Origin: Octopus sinensis
Taxonomy: Eukaryota
Reading direction: 5' to 3'
Assembly (NCBI RefSeq): GCF_006345805.1
Contig: NC_043007.1
Coordinates: forward strand, 64,046,001 to 64,110,000
Length of the DNA stretch: 64,000 bases
In this document: piece by piece, positions 51,895 to 63,160 of the stretch
How the letters are laid out: each line of letters opens with the position of its first letter
Numbering within the stretch: the stretch's first letter is position 1
Made by a program: the position numbers and the translations under genes
Notes under the pieces: model-generated
What the model saw: only the letters and a program-made list of their open reading frames with translations
Database searches by the model: none
Told to the model about the DNA's origin: nothing

Positions 51895-52396
51895 GTGGCA
51901 GAGTGGCGCAGTCCATCAAAGTGATGCTGGGGTATGAATATACAAAGCCCAATATACCCATTATGACCACCTGTCAAATAAGGATACACTACGTACATGT
52001 ATGACAACCATTGTGCAAGACATGGTGGCCTCATATTAAAATAAACAGCACTTGACCTTGCCAGTTGGAATTTTCTTCAGGTTGAGTGGCCCACTTTGCT
52101 TATAAAATCCTTGAATAAGGATTGTTTAAGGATGATGAATGAAACAACCATGTTTCCAGAGGTGAATTATTCAAACTCCAAAGAATTCCTCTCAACACAT
52201 GGCTACAATGCTCCCCCACTACTCCTGCTCATGATCAGAGATGCACATATCACAAGCCACTGAAAGACATGCTCAACTGGTTAAGTTCAAACAACTGATA
52301 TGCAAATCCGTGGTATTGAGCAGAATATTTGTTGTGGCCCATCTTTTACACTAAGACAAAACATGTACATGTTAATACTTCCATTGCATCAGGGTA
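51895..52396. repeat. ~500-550 bp interspersed repeat family D, copy 1
   Basis: Aligns with 52708-53256. Confidence 0.85.
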
Positions 52397-52474
52397 TTAT
52401 TATTATTGCTGTTGTTGTTGTTGTTGTTCTTCTTCTTCTTCTTCTTCTTATTATTATTATTATTATTATTTATT

Positions 52475-52690
52475 AAGGCAGTAAGCTGGCAGAATCATTA
52501 GCACTCCAGGCAAAGTGCTTAGCGGCATTTCGTCCTTCTTTATGTTCTGAGTTCAAATTCTGCCACGGTTGCCTTTGCCTTTCATCTTTTCAGGGTGAAT
52601 AAATTAAGTACCAGTGAAACACCAGGGTCAATGTAATTGACTACTCCCCTCCCACAAAATTTCAGACCTTGTACTTTTAGTAGAAAGGAT
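52475..52690 (+). mobile_element. SINE family B in a (TTA)n tract
   Basis: aaggcagtaagctggcagaatcattagc... flanked by (TTA)n. Confidence 0.85.
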
Positions 52691-52707
52691 TATTATTATC
52701 ATTATTG

Positions 52708-53256
52708 AATGAGAGAGTATTGCATGCCATCAAAGTGACACTGGGATAAAATATATGAAACCCAGTTTACTCATCATGATTACCTGCTTGATAAGGGTAC
52801 ACCAAGTACAGGCATCACAACCATATGTGTGCAACATAGTGATCCCATATGAAGATAAATATTACATGACCTTGCAGAAGGGCCCCACTTAGAATTTTCA
52901 TCAGGTCAATTAGCCCATCCTGCTCAAAAGGTCTCTGAATAAGGGTTGTTCAAGGATGACAAACGAAACACCTATGTTTCCAGAGGTGAATTATTCAAAC
53001 TCCAAAAAATTCCTCTCAGCACATGGTTACAATACTCCCCTACTACTCCTGCTCATGACCAAAGATGCACATATCATTAGCCACTAAGGAACATGCTCAA
53101 CTGGTTACGGTCAAACAACTGACAAGCAAATCTGTGGTATTGGGCAGAATATTTGTTATTGCCTGTCTTTTACACTGAAACGAAATGTACATATTAACAC
53201 TTCCAGTCAGTTCAGATCAGAAACCACGAGAGCTACTGCTTGGTATTGCATCAGGT
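52708..53256. repeat. Repeat family D, copy 2
   Basis: Aligns with 51895-52396. Confidence 0.85.
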
Positions 53257-53271
53257 ATTATTGTTATTATT

Positions 53272-53485
53272 AAGGCAGTGAACTGGCAGAATCATTAGCA
53301 TGCAAAGCAAAGTACTTAGCAGTATTTCATCTGCCTTTATGTTCTGAGTTCACATTCCACTGTGGTCAACTTTGCCTTTCATACTTTCAGGGTCAATAAA
53401 TTAAGTACCAGTGAAACACTGGGGTCAATATAAACGACTAGTCCCCCTCCCTCAAATTTCAGGCCTTGTGCCTATAGTAGAAAAG
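53272..53485 (+). mobile_element. SINE family B in a (TTA)n tract
   Basis: As at 52475-52690. Confidence 0.85.
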
Positions 53486-53501
53486 ATTATTATTATTGTT
53501 A

Positions 53502-53545
<44 letters not shown>

Positions 53546-53546
<1 letters not shown>

Positions 53547-54205
53547 CTTTGTAACACAGTGTAGGTAAAAATGCACTGGAGTCTTTAGTCATCTGTCAAT
53601 TCTCAAGGGCCTCAGACAGATAATACTTTCATTAAGATGTGCACTGTACCCAATAAGGCTGCTTTTTGCAAGACACCGATCTTGCCTGGGATTTCTTAAA
53701 TTGCAAGACACCGATCTTGCCTGGGATTTCTTAAATTTTCATCAGGATTGAGCCCACACTCCGATCACCACTGGTATCACTTTTACATTACCCTCTCACA
53801 TTCCATACAGTCTTGCCTTTTCCACTTTCAATTCGGAGTACTTGGTGATTTTTTTTCAACCTCTTTACTCATAACATTCATGTCATTTGGTATGGCTACA
53901 TCAATGATCTGACAGTATTTGTTTCTCTTATTCGATTTGACAATGTCCAGCCAATGATGTTCGATTACACGAGCTGTCTGAAAATCATAGTTCCAGAGCA
54001 TCGTTACTTTTCCATCCTCTTACATAACTTTACTGGGTACATGCTCATACCAGTTCTCTGTTACTTCATAGTGGTATTTACAGCATAAGAGCCAATGAAG
54101 ATACACACACACTTTATCATGGTGGCGTTTGTATTCTTTTTGTGCAAGGCTCTCACATCCAAGTGGGTCACATTTTCCACACTCTTTCCACAGAGTCTGA
54201 ATTTC
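53546..54205 (-). mobile_element. R4/Dong-clade RLE non-LTR retrotransposon, 3' fragment
   Basis: CRLCGKSVENVTHL...LAQKEYKRHHDKVC...LHW...WYEHVP...MLWNYDFQT...IIDVAIPND...LQKAALLGTVHIL; (TTA)n on both sides. Confidence 0.85.
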
Positions 54206-54208
54206 TGG

Positions 54209-54255
<47 letters not shown>

Positions 54256-54257
54256 AA

Positions 54258-54450
54258 GGTGGTGGATTAGCAGAATAATTAGAGCAGTGGAAAAATACCT
54301 TGTGGTATGTCTTTGAGCTCTTTACTTTCTAAATTCAAATCCTACTGAGCTTAACATTCTCTTCCATCCTTTTGAGGAACAATAAAATTCCAAACACATC
54401 GTCAATTAATCTCTTCTCTCATAAATCTCAGGTTTTGTGTGTATGTTAGA
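54258..54450 (+). mobile_element. SINE family B, degenerate
   Basis: Follows (TTA)n; recognisable head. Confidence 0.6.
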
Positions 54451-55374
54451 AATAATTATTGTTATTGTTGTTGTTGTTGTTCATATCCTTGTTGTTTATA
54501 GGGGTTTTGCTTAGAAGTTGAGTTTTACTGAATTACCAAATAAAAAAGTTCTTTTTTTTTTTTTGGTTTCTTTTTTTTTGTTTTCTGTGTTGTTGTCCAT
54601 TTTACCTACCAAATATTTAATAGGCCACCTAATTTTCTGCAGTGGAAGAAATGCTCAGCTTAACATTGTTTTTAACTGTTTTCATATTTTAGCATGATAG
54701 TTATTTGTATTGTTGATTTGTGGCTTAAAAAATGCTTTGAGTGATAAAGGCAAAAACATTACAAAGACAAATAAACAGACAATTATAAAATGGACACTGA
54801 CATAGTGGATGTTCACACTAATACACTAATATCTGTCCAGAAAACAACTTGACAAATAGTTGTATGCATAACAATGGCTGTATAGTGGAAATACTCTTTT
54901 GTCATTGTTGCTAGTGACTTTGAAAATTTGGATCATTTTCAGGTGCCAGAGAAGGGAAAATAATAGCTAAAATATGAGATATGTTACTAAAGGCTATGGT
55001 CTATTTTTTATATTATACCCTAGGGATTCATGGAAGAGACAGTAAAGTAAATGGTAATGATCTCTGTTTAACCTTCCAAATTTTGATGACCCTATAGAGT
55101 TTAAGACTATCCTCAATGTATACCCATTCAGCTCTTTAATTGATCAGGCTGGGGGTGCAAGGTAGAAGGCTCAAATGCAACATATATGATTGCATAAGCC
55201 ACCTTTAGACCCCTTGCTCAAACAAAGAAACTGAGAGGAAATAACCAAAGTAACAGCAGTGGCACTTACAATCTGCAGAAGGAGAGAAGGTGGATGGTAC
55301 TTCTATAACCCCACAGGTCACTGTTCTAAGGATGTCCAGAACAGAAAGAAACAGATATTTTGCTTGTAGCACCA

Positions 55375-56090
55375 TTAACCCCTTAATTGATTATCCTGAG
55401 TTTACTCGTGCATTGCAAATGTATCTTTTTAGAACCAGACGAGTATACTCGGCCAAAACTAACTTTTAATTTTAGCACTCAAATGAGTTTATTTGTTTTG
55501 TGTCGTTTAATTTTTGAGCAATCATGAATTTACTCACGTTGTTTAAAAAAAATAAGTATTTTTTTATTTGATGGATTTGGCTATCTGGAATGCTTATGTT
55601 TTGTATAAAGCATCTTTGGAAACTTCAGCTTCTGCTATGAAACCACTGAAATTTAGAATGCAAATAATCACCAAGATTATTGAAAAATATAGGCCCTTAT
55701 TGCCTTCCATGAAACTAGGAAGACTATCATCGATTCCACATCCAACAAGATTTGCCCCAGCTGGTCACTTTCCCATGGAAATACCACCAAGTGATAAGAA
55801 AAAGAACCCTACAAGACAGTGTGCAAAATGCACAGAGAAGAGAGACGCTAAAGGAAAGAAGATTCAAAGAGAAAGCAGATACATGTGTGATGTCTGCAAG
55901 ATAATTTTGTGTGTAATTCTTTGTTTTAAAAATTATCATTCTAAATAAACTGTCTATCTCATTTTTTAAAAATTTTCCTTTGATTTTGTTATGTTGCAAT
56001 ACTACACAGTGGTTGTGTGAGCTACAAAATCCTTGTTGCCACTGTTATATCGCAATACTACACAGTGGTTGTGTGAGCTACGAAGTCCTC
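55375..56090 (+). mobile_element. piggyBac deletion derivative (left end plus C-terminal domain); right end not identified
   Basis: TTAA-CCCCTT start at 55375; ORF at 55568-55948; two ~30-bp direct repeats near 55995-56085. Confidence 0.75.
55568..55948 (+). CDS. piggyBac transposase C-terminus with cysteine-rich domain, 126 aa, open
   Basis: DLAIWNAYVLY...FRMQI...H.P...RQCAKC...ESRYMCDVCKIILCVILCFKNYH. Confidence 0.7.
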   Translation: MMDLAIWNAYVLYKASLETSASAMKPLKFRMQIITKIIEKYRPLLPSMKLGRLSSIPHPTRFAPAGHFPMEIPPSDKKKNPTRQCAKCTEKRDAKGKKIQRESRYMCDVCKIILCVILCFKNYHSK

Positions 56091-56219
56091 ATTTAATTGG
56101 CACTATCTTCACCTTCTTCATTTTCCACAGCCAGGTTATGTTGTACTTAAGAAGGTTGTATTTATCTATTTTTTCGTCTTCCTTCTTGACTATTCATGGG
56201 TCAAAGGACAAGTAGCATC

Positions 56220-56650
56220 AACTACATAGCACATGTAGCGCATCTTGTTGACCACCACTAGGCTTGGTCTGTTATGCTCTAGTACTTGATCTGTTTGGAT
56301 TGGGAAATCCCAGAGGATTTTGCAAGTATCTAACTCTGCCACTCTCTGCAATTTGTTCTCATACCACATCTTGCTTTTCTCTCGCCCCCATTTTTCGCAG
56401 TTTCCAATGTAGCACTTTCACTACCTTATTGTGATGGCACAACATGTAGCGGTTTTGGGCAAGTCTGGGGCAATGCTTTTATCCACTCTATTACAGATGC
56501 AGCACAGCGGAAACACTTGGTCATTCCTAAGGTTGATCCTCCAATTCATGGCCAAGCTTGATCTTGCACTGCCAATATAGTGCTCCCAGCCTCTCTTTTC
56601 AGTGTTCCTTTCTTCAGCCAATCCAACCTGTTTTCCAGCATCCAGCAACT
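56220..56650 (-). mobile_element. R4/Dong-clade LINE remnant, second copy
   Basis: WLKKGTLKRE...AVQDQA...WY-like...LWDFPIQTDQVLEHNRPSLVV across frameshifts. Confidence 0.7.
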
Positions 56651-56959
56651 TCAGTTGTGGCTACATGGAATTGATTGAGTAGATTTATTATTATTATTAT
56701 CATTATTATTATTATATTATTATTATTATTTGACTCCATTTATGTGAAGCTATGTTTTTGATTACCACTTTGAAACATGATCTATTCAAGTGTTTTCAAG
56801 TGAAATTTTCATAGTAGTACTTGTAAAAAAAATTACAATTGCCTAAAGGAGGTCTGCTTTAATGGAGTGGGGGTAGACATCAGAAAAAAGGGATGTTTGT
56901 TTCATAAACTTTTGAAATTTTATTTACACCACATAACATTTTCAAATCTAAAATGGCTA

Positions 56960-58300
56960 CCACACACAATTATGCTACATGACTAAACACTACAAAAAGA
57001 AGAAAAAAACTAACACAAAAATCAAAACATACAATTAAACGTTCACTTCCTTCTTCCTCTTACAAGAAAAAGAAGAAAATGAACACTTAAGTGAACAATT
57101 AATAGAAGAAAACGTCCCAAATACTCAAATAAAAGAGCAACAACAATAGCAGTAATGACTCTTACACAAAGTTAAATACTACAATCTGTTCATATAGCAT
57201 TTATGTGAAGGTAAAACCTTCTTTAATACTAATGAACTATTGGAATTTTTAGATCTATCACAGTTATAAGAAAAACAATGTAGATGAGAAAATTTCATAA
57301 AACCAAGCAGCAATTCTTTGTTACAAGAGATAATCCAGGAGAGGACAAAAAGAAAATCATTTATCTCTACTTATGAAAAGATAGCTGCTTTTTTCACCTT
57401 TACTAGTTCAACAGACTCTCTAGAACATATATAGAGAAGTTCTCTCAGTTGAAAAGGCAAGAGCTTGGGCACTAACTGCTGTATCTATAAAAAATAGAGA
57501 TGCAACCAAAACACAGGCTAAAATTATCAGACACAGTTTTGTGCTCCAATGCATGGGTCAATGAAACACAAATGTGACTATAAGTGACATCTGATACATC
57601 ATAGATCCATGGCTAGTAGTGACTTTTGTGGTAATGTATGGGAGAATTGTGAAAGCAGTGATATCAAAAGGCAACTTCAGATTATGGGACATTAAAACAG
57701 ACTTACAAGTTCTAATTATACCCAAAGTTCACTGAGCCATACCAGAATGACCTTGGGGACATTGTTAGACAAAGTGAATGAAATTAAATTTTCTGTGCAG
57801 AAATCTTAGTCTCTACATCTGCCAATGTAAAACACCTCAGAATTCAATCTTTCTAGAAGAAATGGAAAGATTAAGCAAAATAAAGGAAAATCGAAAATAA
57901 CAAAAATCAACAGCAACAACAAACCCCAGCTTCCAGAGTAACACTAGCCAAAACTCTGGAGGTGACAAGTAAAATATCTTTAAACTCAGAATCAGAAACA
58001 GATGAGCAAAAACCTTATCCCCTCACAGTACGAATTTATAGTACCACACTTTCATCATACAATGAGGAAGAAATAATTGCAGATGAAAATTCACAAATAG
58101 TCAGTTAAAATACAAGGGAAAAAAACAAAAAATAACAGAAAAAGAAAACCATAAAACAATAAAAATAGGTGAGGAGGAGCAATTTCAAACACCAATGAAA
58201 TCCCTATGCAAGAACATAATAAAGAAATAAAGAGAACACAGATGAATAAAGAGCCACCATTCTTTGAAAATCAAACAAGCAGTTAATAGACAAAATTATT
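56960..58300 (+). mobile_element. Possible decayed LINE ORF1 (gag-like) sequence
   Basis: A-rich coding-like stretch with many stops; no decisive motif. Confidence 0.2.
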
Positions 58301-58510
58301 TCTCTATACTCCAAACTCTCTAAGAATTTAGAATAGCACAACAATAGGTTGAGAATTTAAACAGCATGCAAAAAACTGATTACTAATAAATTAAAGTTAA
58401 GAATACATTAAAGATGTTACTAATGCTTACTGGTGCATTTGTTTGCACTCAGATACAATTTGAGAAATAGATAATTGAACAGCCTGACTACTAATCTTTC
58501 ATATATTTCT

Positions 58511-58739
58511 TTAATCCTTTTGTTACCATATTTCTGTTGAGATGCTCTGTGTTTCTTGCAATTAATTTTAAATATAACAAAGAATTTTGTAAAATAACTT
58601 ATTATAATTAAGCTAGTGTCAGGAACATAAATTGTGACTAAGGTTTGGCAGAAGATTTTAATTCAGAACTTTTGAAAACAACACATTTGTACTACAGAGC
58701 CAAAGGCAGTTTCAGCTGGGTTGGTATCAAAAGGGTTAA
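58511..58739. mobile_element. piggyBac-type MITE with TTAA target duplication
   Basis: TTAAtccttttgttacc ... ggtatcaaaagggTTAA. Confidence 0.85.
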
Positions 58740-59157
58740 ATTATATCTTGTTTTAGTATAGTTTTATTGTACTTATGAATTTCCATCCAAATATGAGTAC
58801 ATGAATGTATACATATATATGTGTGTTTTTGTACTTGTGTGCATGTATATATAGAGATAGATGTATGTGTATGTTTGTACATGTGTATGTGTGAGGATGC
58901 ATGCATATGTGTGTATGTGTGTGTCTGTGGATGTGTGTATACTTCTGTGTGTGTGTGTCTGCATACAAGTGTGTAAAGTTCTTTAAATTCTTTCTGTCTT
59001 ATGTTATTTCTTTTGGTTCTTTACATCCTGTGTTCAAATGCAACCTAAATTTGCCTTTCATTCCTTCAATAAAATTAAGTTCCAATCAAAACTAACTCCC
59101 TCCTCCAAATTTGCTGGACTTGTGTCTAAGTTAGAGACAATTATTATCTTATTACCA

Positions 59158-59370
59158 TTGGTGAGCTGCCAGAATCATTAGCATGCCAGGTGAAATGCTT
59201 TACAGTATTTTGTCTGCTGCAACGTTCTGAGTTCAAATTCTGCCAAGGTTGACTTTGCCTTTCATCCTTTTGGGGTCAATAAAATAAGTATCAGTTGAAC
59301 ACTGGGGATGATGTAATTGACTCATCCCCTCCCCCCAAATTGCTTCCCTTGTGGCAAAATTTGAAACCAT
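59158..59370 (+). mobile_element. SINE family B
   Basis: Near full-length match to the family consensus. Confidence 0.85.
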
Positions 59371-59480
59371 TATCATTGTTATTATTATTTCCATCATCCT
59401 TCCAGCTTTGCATCAATAAAGTACCAGTTGAGCATTGGAGTTGATATGCTTGACTTACTCCCCCTCTCAAAATTAGAAAA

Positions 59481-59521
<41 letters not shown>

Positions 59522-59763
59522 GTTGAGCACTGGGATTGATGTAGTTGACTATCCATAAATTAGCCCTCTGAACTTCTTGGACTACCTTACAAACTCACTG
59601 ACAAAACCTAGAGGTATACCCAAGTACCTTAATTTTATCTACAGATCACTACAGTACATTGAAAAGATGGAAATAATATGTGGAGTACTGTGACCTCTTG
59701 GCAGAAACAGCTGTAAGAAACTGCTCTTCCTTCTCCATTCTAGAAATTACTAGTAGTTTACAC

Positions 59764-59820
<57 letters not shown>

Positions 59821-59848
59821 AAAATAAGCAACAAGAATAACTTCGGTA

Positions 59849-59938
59849 ATTTGGTACGATTGTTTCACGCTACATCATTTTATTAAATATTGTGAATATT
59901 ACAACAGTTTTAAAATGTTGAGCAATCATCAGCCATTT
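59849..59938 (-). ncRNA. Mirror hammerhead-like motif, intact core
   Basis: Reverse complement reads AAATGG-CTGATGA-TTGCT...AGCGT-GAAA-CAATCG-TA-CCAAAT. Confidence 0.78.
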
Positions 59939-59965
59939 ATAGAGGTTTTCCATTAATACCTCTAT

Positions 59966-60054
59966 AAATGGCTGATGATTGCTCAATATTTTAAACTGTT
60001 GTAATACTTACAATATTTAATAAAATGATGTAGCGTGAAATGATCGTACCAAAT
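59966..60054 (+). ncRNA. Type-I hammerhead-like motif, intact core, 58-nt stem II region
   Basis: AAATGG-CTGATGA-TTGCT...AGCGT-GAAA-TGATCG-TA-CCAAAT. Confidence 0.78.
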
Positions 60055-60192
60055 TACCGAAGTTATTCTTGTTGCTTATTTTTGATTATAATCACCCCAT
60101 GGATTTATGTGGATAACACCATACAAAATTCTGGTGCATCTAACTTAAGTACCATATTCATTTGAATCTAAATTTTGCTGAACTTATATATA

Positions 60193-60237
<45 letters not shown>

Positions 60238-60326
60238 CAGAACTGTTTTAAATAAATAAATAGACATAATATAATGTCTAACAGCTGAGGAATACTACCT
60301 CTGGATTCCCTCTACTTTCTTCTTGC

Positions 60327-60362
<36 letters not shown>

Positions 60363-60552
60363 TATATACATATATACATATATACATATATATATATGTC
60401 AGGTTAGCTGAGTTAGTGGTTAAAATAACAATCTAAGGGATAAAAGTATCCATTACACTACTGGTATATTACCTATATTTAAACATGGGCAAACATGTTA
60501 TGCTCATAAATTATAGGTAAAGACAAGGATAAACAAGAGTTTATCAGAAATC

Positions 60553-61014
60553 AAAATTTAAAGAAAACAGAAAATGGAGATAACATTGATGAACAACAAT
60601 TGATTTGAATCAATTATTATTTATTATTTACAAAAAGACTGCATCTCATCTAACAGCTGTTTCTGCCGCCAATGTTCTTTAGTATCACCATTATTATGCT
60701 AAAAATATATATCGTACACACACAACATGACTTGATTCTCACAATATTCAACTTTTCTGTCTTCTTTTCTTGTCCCTTCTTTTTATCTGTTTAATTATTT
60801 TCCACTCTGATCATGCTCCATGATTCAAATCGGTTTTATTACCAACTATGATATATATTTTTAGCATAATAATGGTGATACCAAAGAACATTGGCAACAG
60901 GAACAACTGCTAAATGGGATGCAGTCATTTTGTAAATAATTAATAAATAATAATTGATGCAAATAAATTGTTGTTTATAAATACTATCCCCATTTTCTGT
61001 TTTCTTTAAATTTT
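60553..61014. repeat. Imperfect inverted repeat (60553-60715 vs 60847-61014) with degenerate hammerhead halves
   Basis: Left arm reverse complement contains GAAA-CAGCTG-TT; right side has CTGATCA at 60807 and ggaa-caactg at 60900. Confidence 0.88.
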
Positions 61015-61052
61015 ATATTCTTTATTTTCTCTCCTTGTTCCTTTCTGTGTTC

Positions 61053-61089
61053 CTTTCTGTCGAAGAGCATAGGCTCAAAACGTTAAAGA
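61053..61089 (+). ncRNA. Degenerate minimal hammerhead-like motif
   Basis: CTTT-CTGTCGA-A-GAGC-ATAG-GCTC-AAAA-CG-TT-AAAG. Confidence 0.45.
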
Positions 61090-61283
61090 CTTTTTCACTT
61101 CTCGAGCATTATACTAATACATCTGTTTGTTGTCTACACTGCCTGTCTTCGTCTTTTGTTTTTTTGTGAATTCTCCCAATATATATATATATGTATGTAT
61201 ATGTGTATATGTATTTATATACATATATATGCACACATGTATATATACCTTTGCCCTGTGTCTCTCTTTCTCTCTCTCCCCAC

Positions 61284-61335
<52 letters not shown>

Positions 61336-61351
61336 GGATATTGGAGGTGTT

Positions 61352-61397
<46 letters not shown>

Positions 61398-62094
61398 AGT
61401 GTGCATGCTCATAGTTGAAAATATCACCATATGTTCAGTTGATTAGTTTAATGTTAAGTTATTTTCTAGGTCTTCAATATATTTCTTTGTACCAAAAGAT
61501 AAGAAATATTTGATAACCAAGATTTGATTTTATCCAGTAGGAAAAACTCAAGCTGAAACTAACCACCCAGTCATATAATTCTGTTTTCTACTTTGCATGC
61601 ATCAAAGAGGTGTGATCAAATTATACTTGTGTACGTGTGTGTGTGTGTGTGTGTGGGTGTGTGTGTAATGCATGTGAAAAGATGGAGAATTGTAAACTCT
61701 ACTATTGCATGCCAGTATCAGAAAACAAATGTAAAACTAATTGTGGTGATGAAAGTAACAACACCACCAACAACAACAATTTTTTTAAAAAAACATAAAA
61801 ATAAAATATTAGTCAATTGGTGATATGAAATGGCTTCAAAAAATATTGAAATGAACTTCTTTCTGAATGTTCCCACTTTATTGATGAATAATTTTCAATT
61901 ACTACTCCAGTATATATAGTAAAGGTATGCTTTGCTAATGAGGTTAGAATAATGCTGAAACTTGTCTAAAATTGTCCATTAGAAACATGAAAATATTATT
62001 AGACATCAACTGATATTGCGTTTTTTCTTCATTGTATATTTATTTGTGGTAAACTTTTGAATACTAATCATTTGTAAATACGTTATCTTTAGAT

Positions 62095-62356
62095 TAACTT
62101 TATCTTTTATTTGTTTCAGTCATTAGACTACAGCTATACTGGGGCATCGCCTTGAAGAATTTTTTTAAGCAGATGAAATGATCCCAGTACATATTTTTTT
62201 AAAGCCTTGTATTGAACTCTTTTACCAAACTGCTAAGTTATGGGGATGTAAACACACCAACACTGGTTGTCAAGCAGTGGTAGAGGACACTGACACAAAG
62301 ACCCACACACACACACATGTATGTATGTATATGTATGTATGTATGTATATATATAT

Positions 62357-62393
<37 letters not shown>

Positions 62394-62550
62394 GATGAGC
62401 TTCTTTCAGTTTCTGCTTACCAAATCCACTCACAAGGCTTTGGCCGGCCCAAGGCTATAGTAGAAGACACTTCCCCAAGATGACATGCAGTGGGACTGAA
62501 CTTGGAACCATGTGGTTGAAAAGCAAGCTTCTTACCACACCCGCACCTAT
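62095..62550 (-). mobile_element. Full-length SINE family A
   Basis: Aligns along its length with 3025-3430. Confidence 0.87.
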
Positions 62551-62724
62551 AATTGATAATTGATTCCCTCCTTCTATGCCTCTAACCCTACTAGCATACC
62601 ACCTTCTTGGCTTGATTTGAGACTTGGCTCTTTCTGTCCTCCCTCTCCAATTCCTGCAATGTGTTCTTTATATTCTGTGAATTAAAACAAGAGGGATAGA
62701 ATTAGCAATATTAATAATAGTTTG

Positions 62725-63160
62725 AAGGCAGCATGCTAACAGAATCATCAGTATGTTAGACTAAAATGCTTAGTGGCATTTCTTCTGTCCTTACATTCTG
62801 AGTTCAAATTCCACTAAGAATGACTTTGCCTTTTCTCCTTTTGGGGTTGATAAAATAAGCACCAGTTAAGCACTGGGGTCAATGTAATCAATTAACTCCC
62901 ATCTCCTGAACTTGCTGACCTTGTGCCAAAATTTGAAACCAATATTAATAATAGTTTCAAACTTTTGCACAAGGCCAGCAATTTTAGCAGAGGAAGCAAA
63001 TCAATTACTTTGATCCCAGTGCACAACAGGTTACCCAGTTTATCAACCCTAAAAGGATGAAAGTCAAAGTTGCCCATGGCAGAATTTGAACTCTGAATGA
63101 AAAGATCCAGAAGAAATGTGGCTAAGCATTTTATCCAACACACTGATTCTTGCAGCTTGA
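62725..63160. mobile_element. Two SINE family B copies tail-to-tail (62725-62942 +, 62943-63160 -)
   Basis: Junction tttgaaacc-aatattaataata-gtttcaaa. Confidence 0.8.

Larger units (their letters stand above)
59819..60084. repeat. 266-bp near-perfect palindrome (~128-bp arms, 11-nt spacer) with a hammerhead motif per arm
   Basis: caaaaataagcaacaagaataacttcggtaatttgg...tttatagaggt tttccattaat acctctataaa...ccaaattaccgaagttattcttgttgcttatttttg. Confidence 0.96.
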
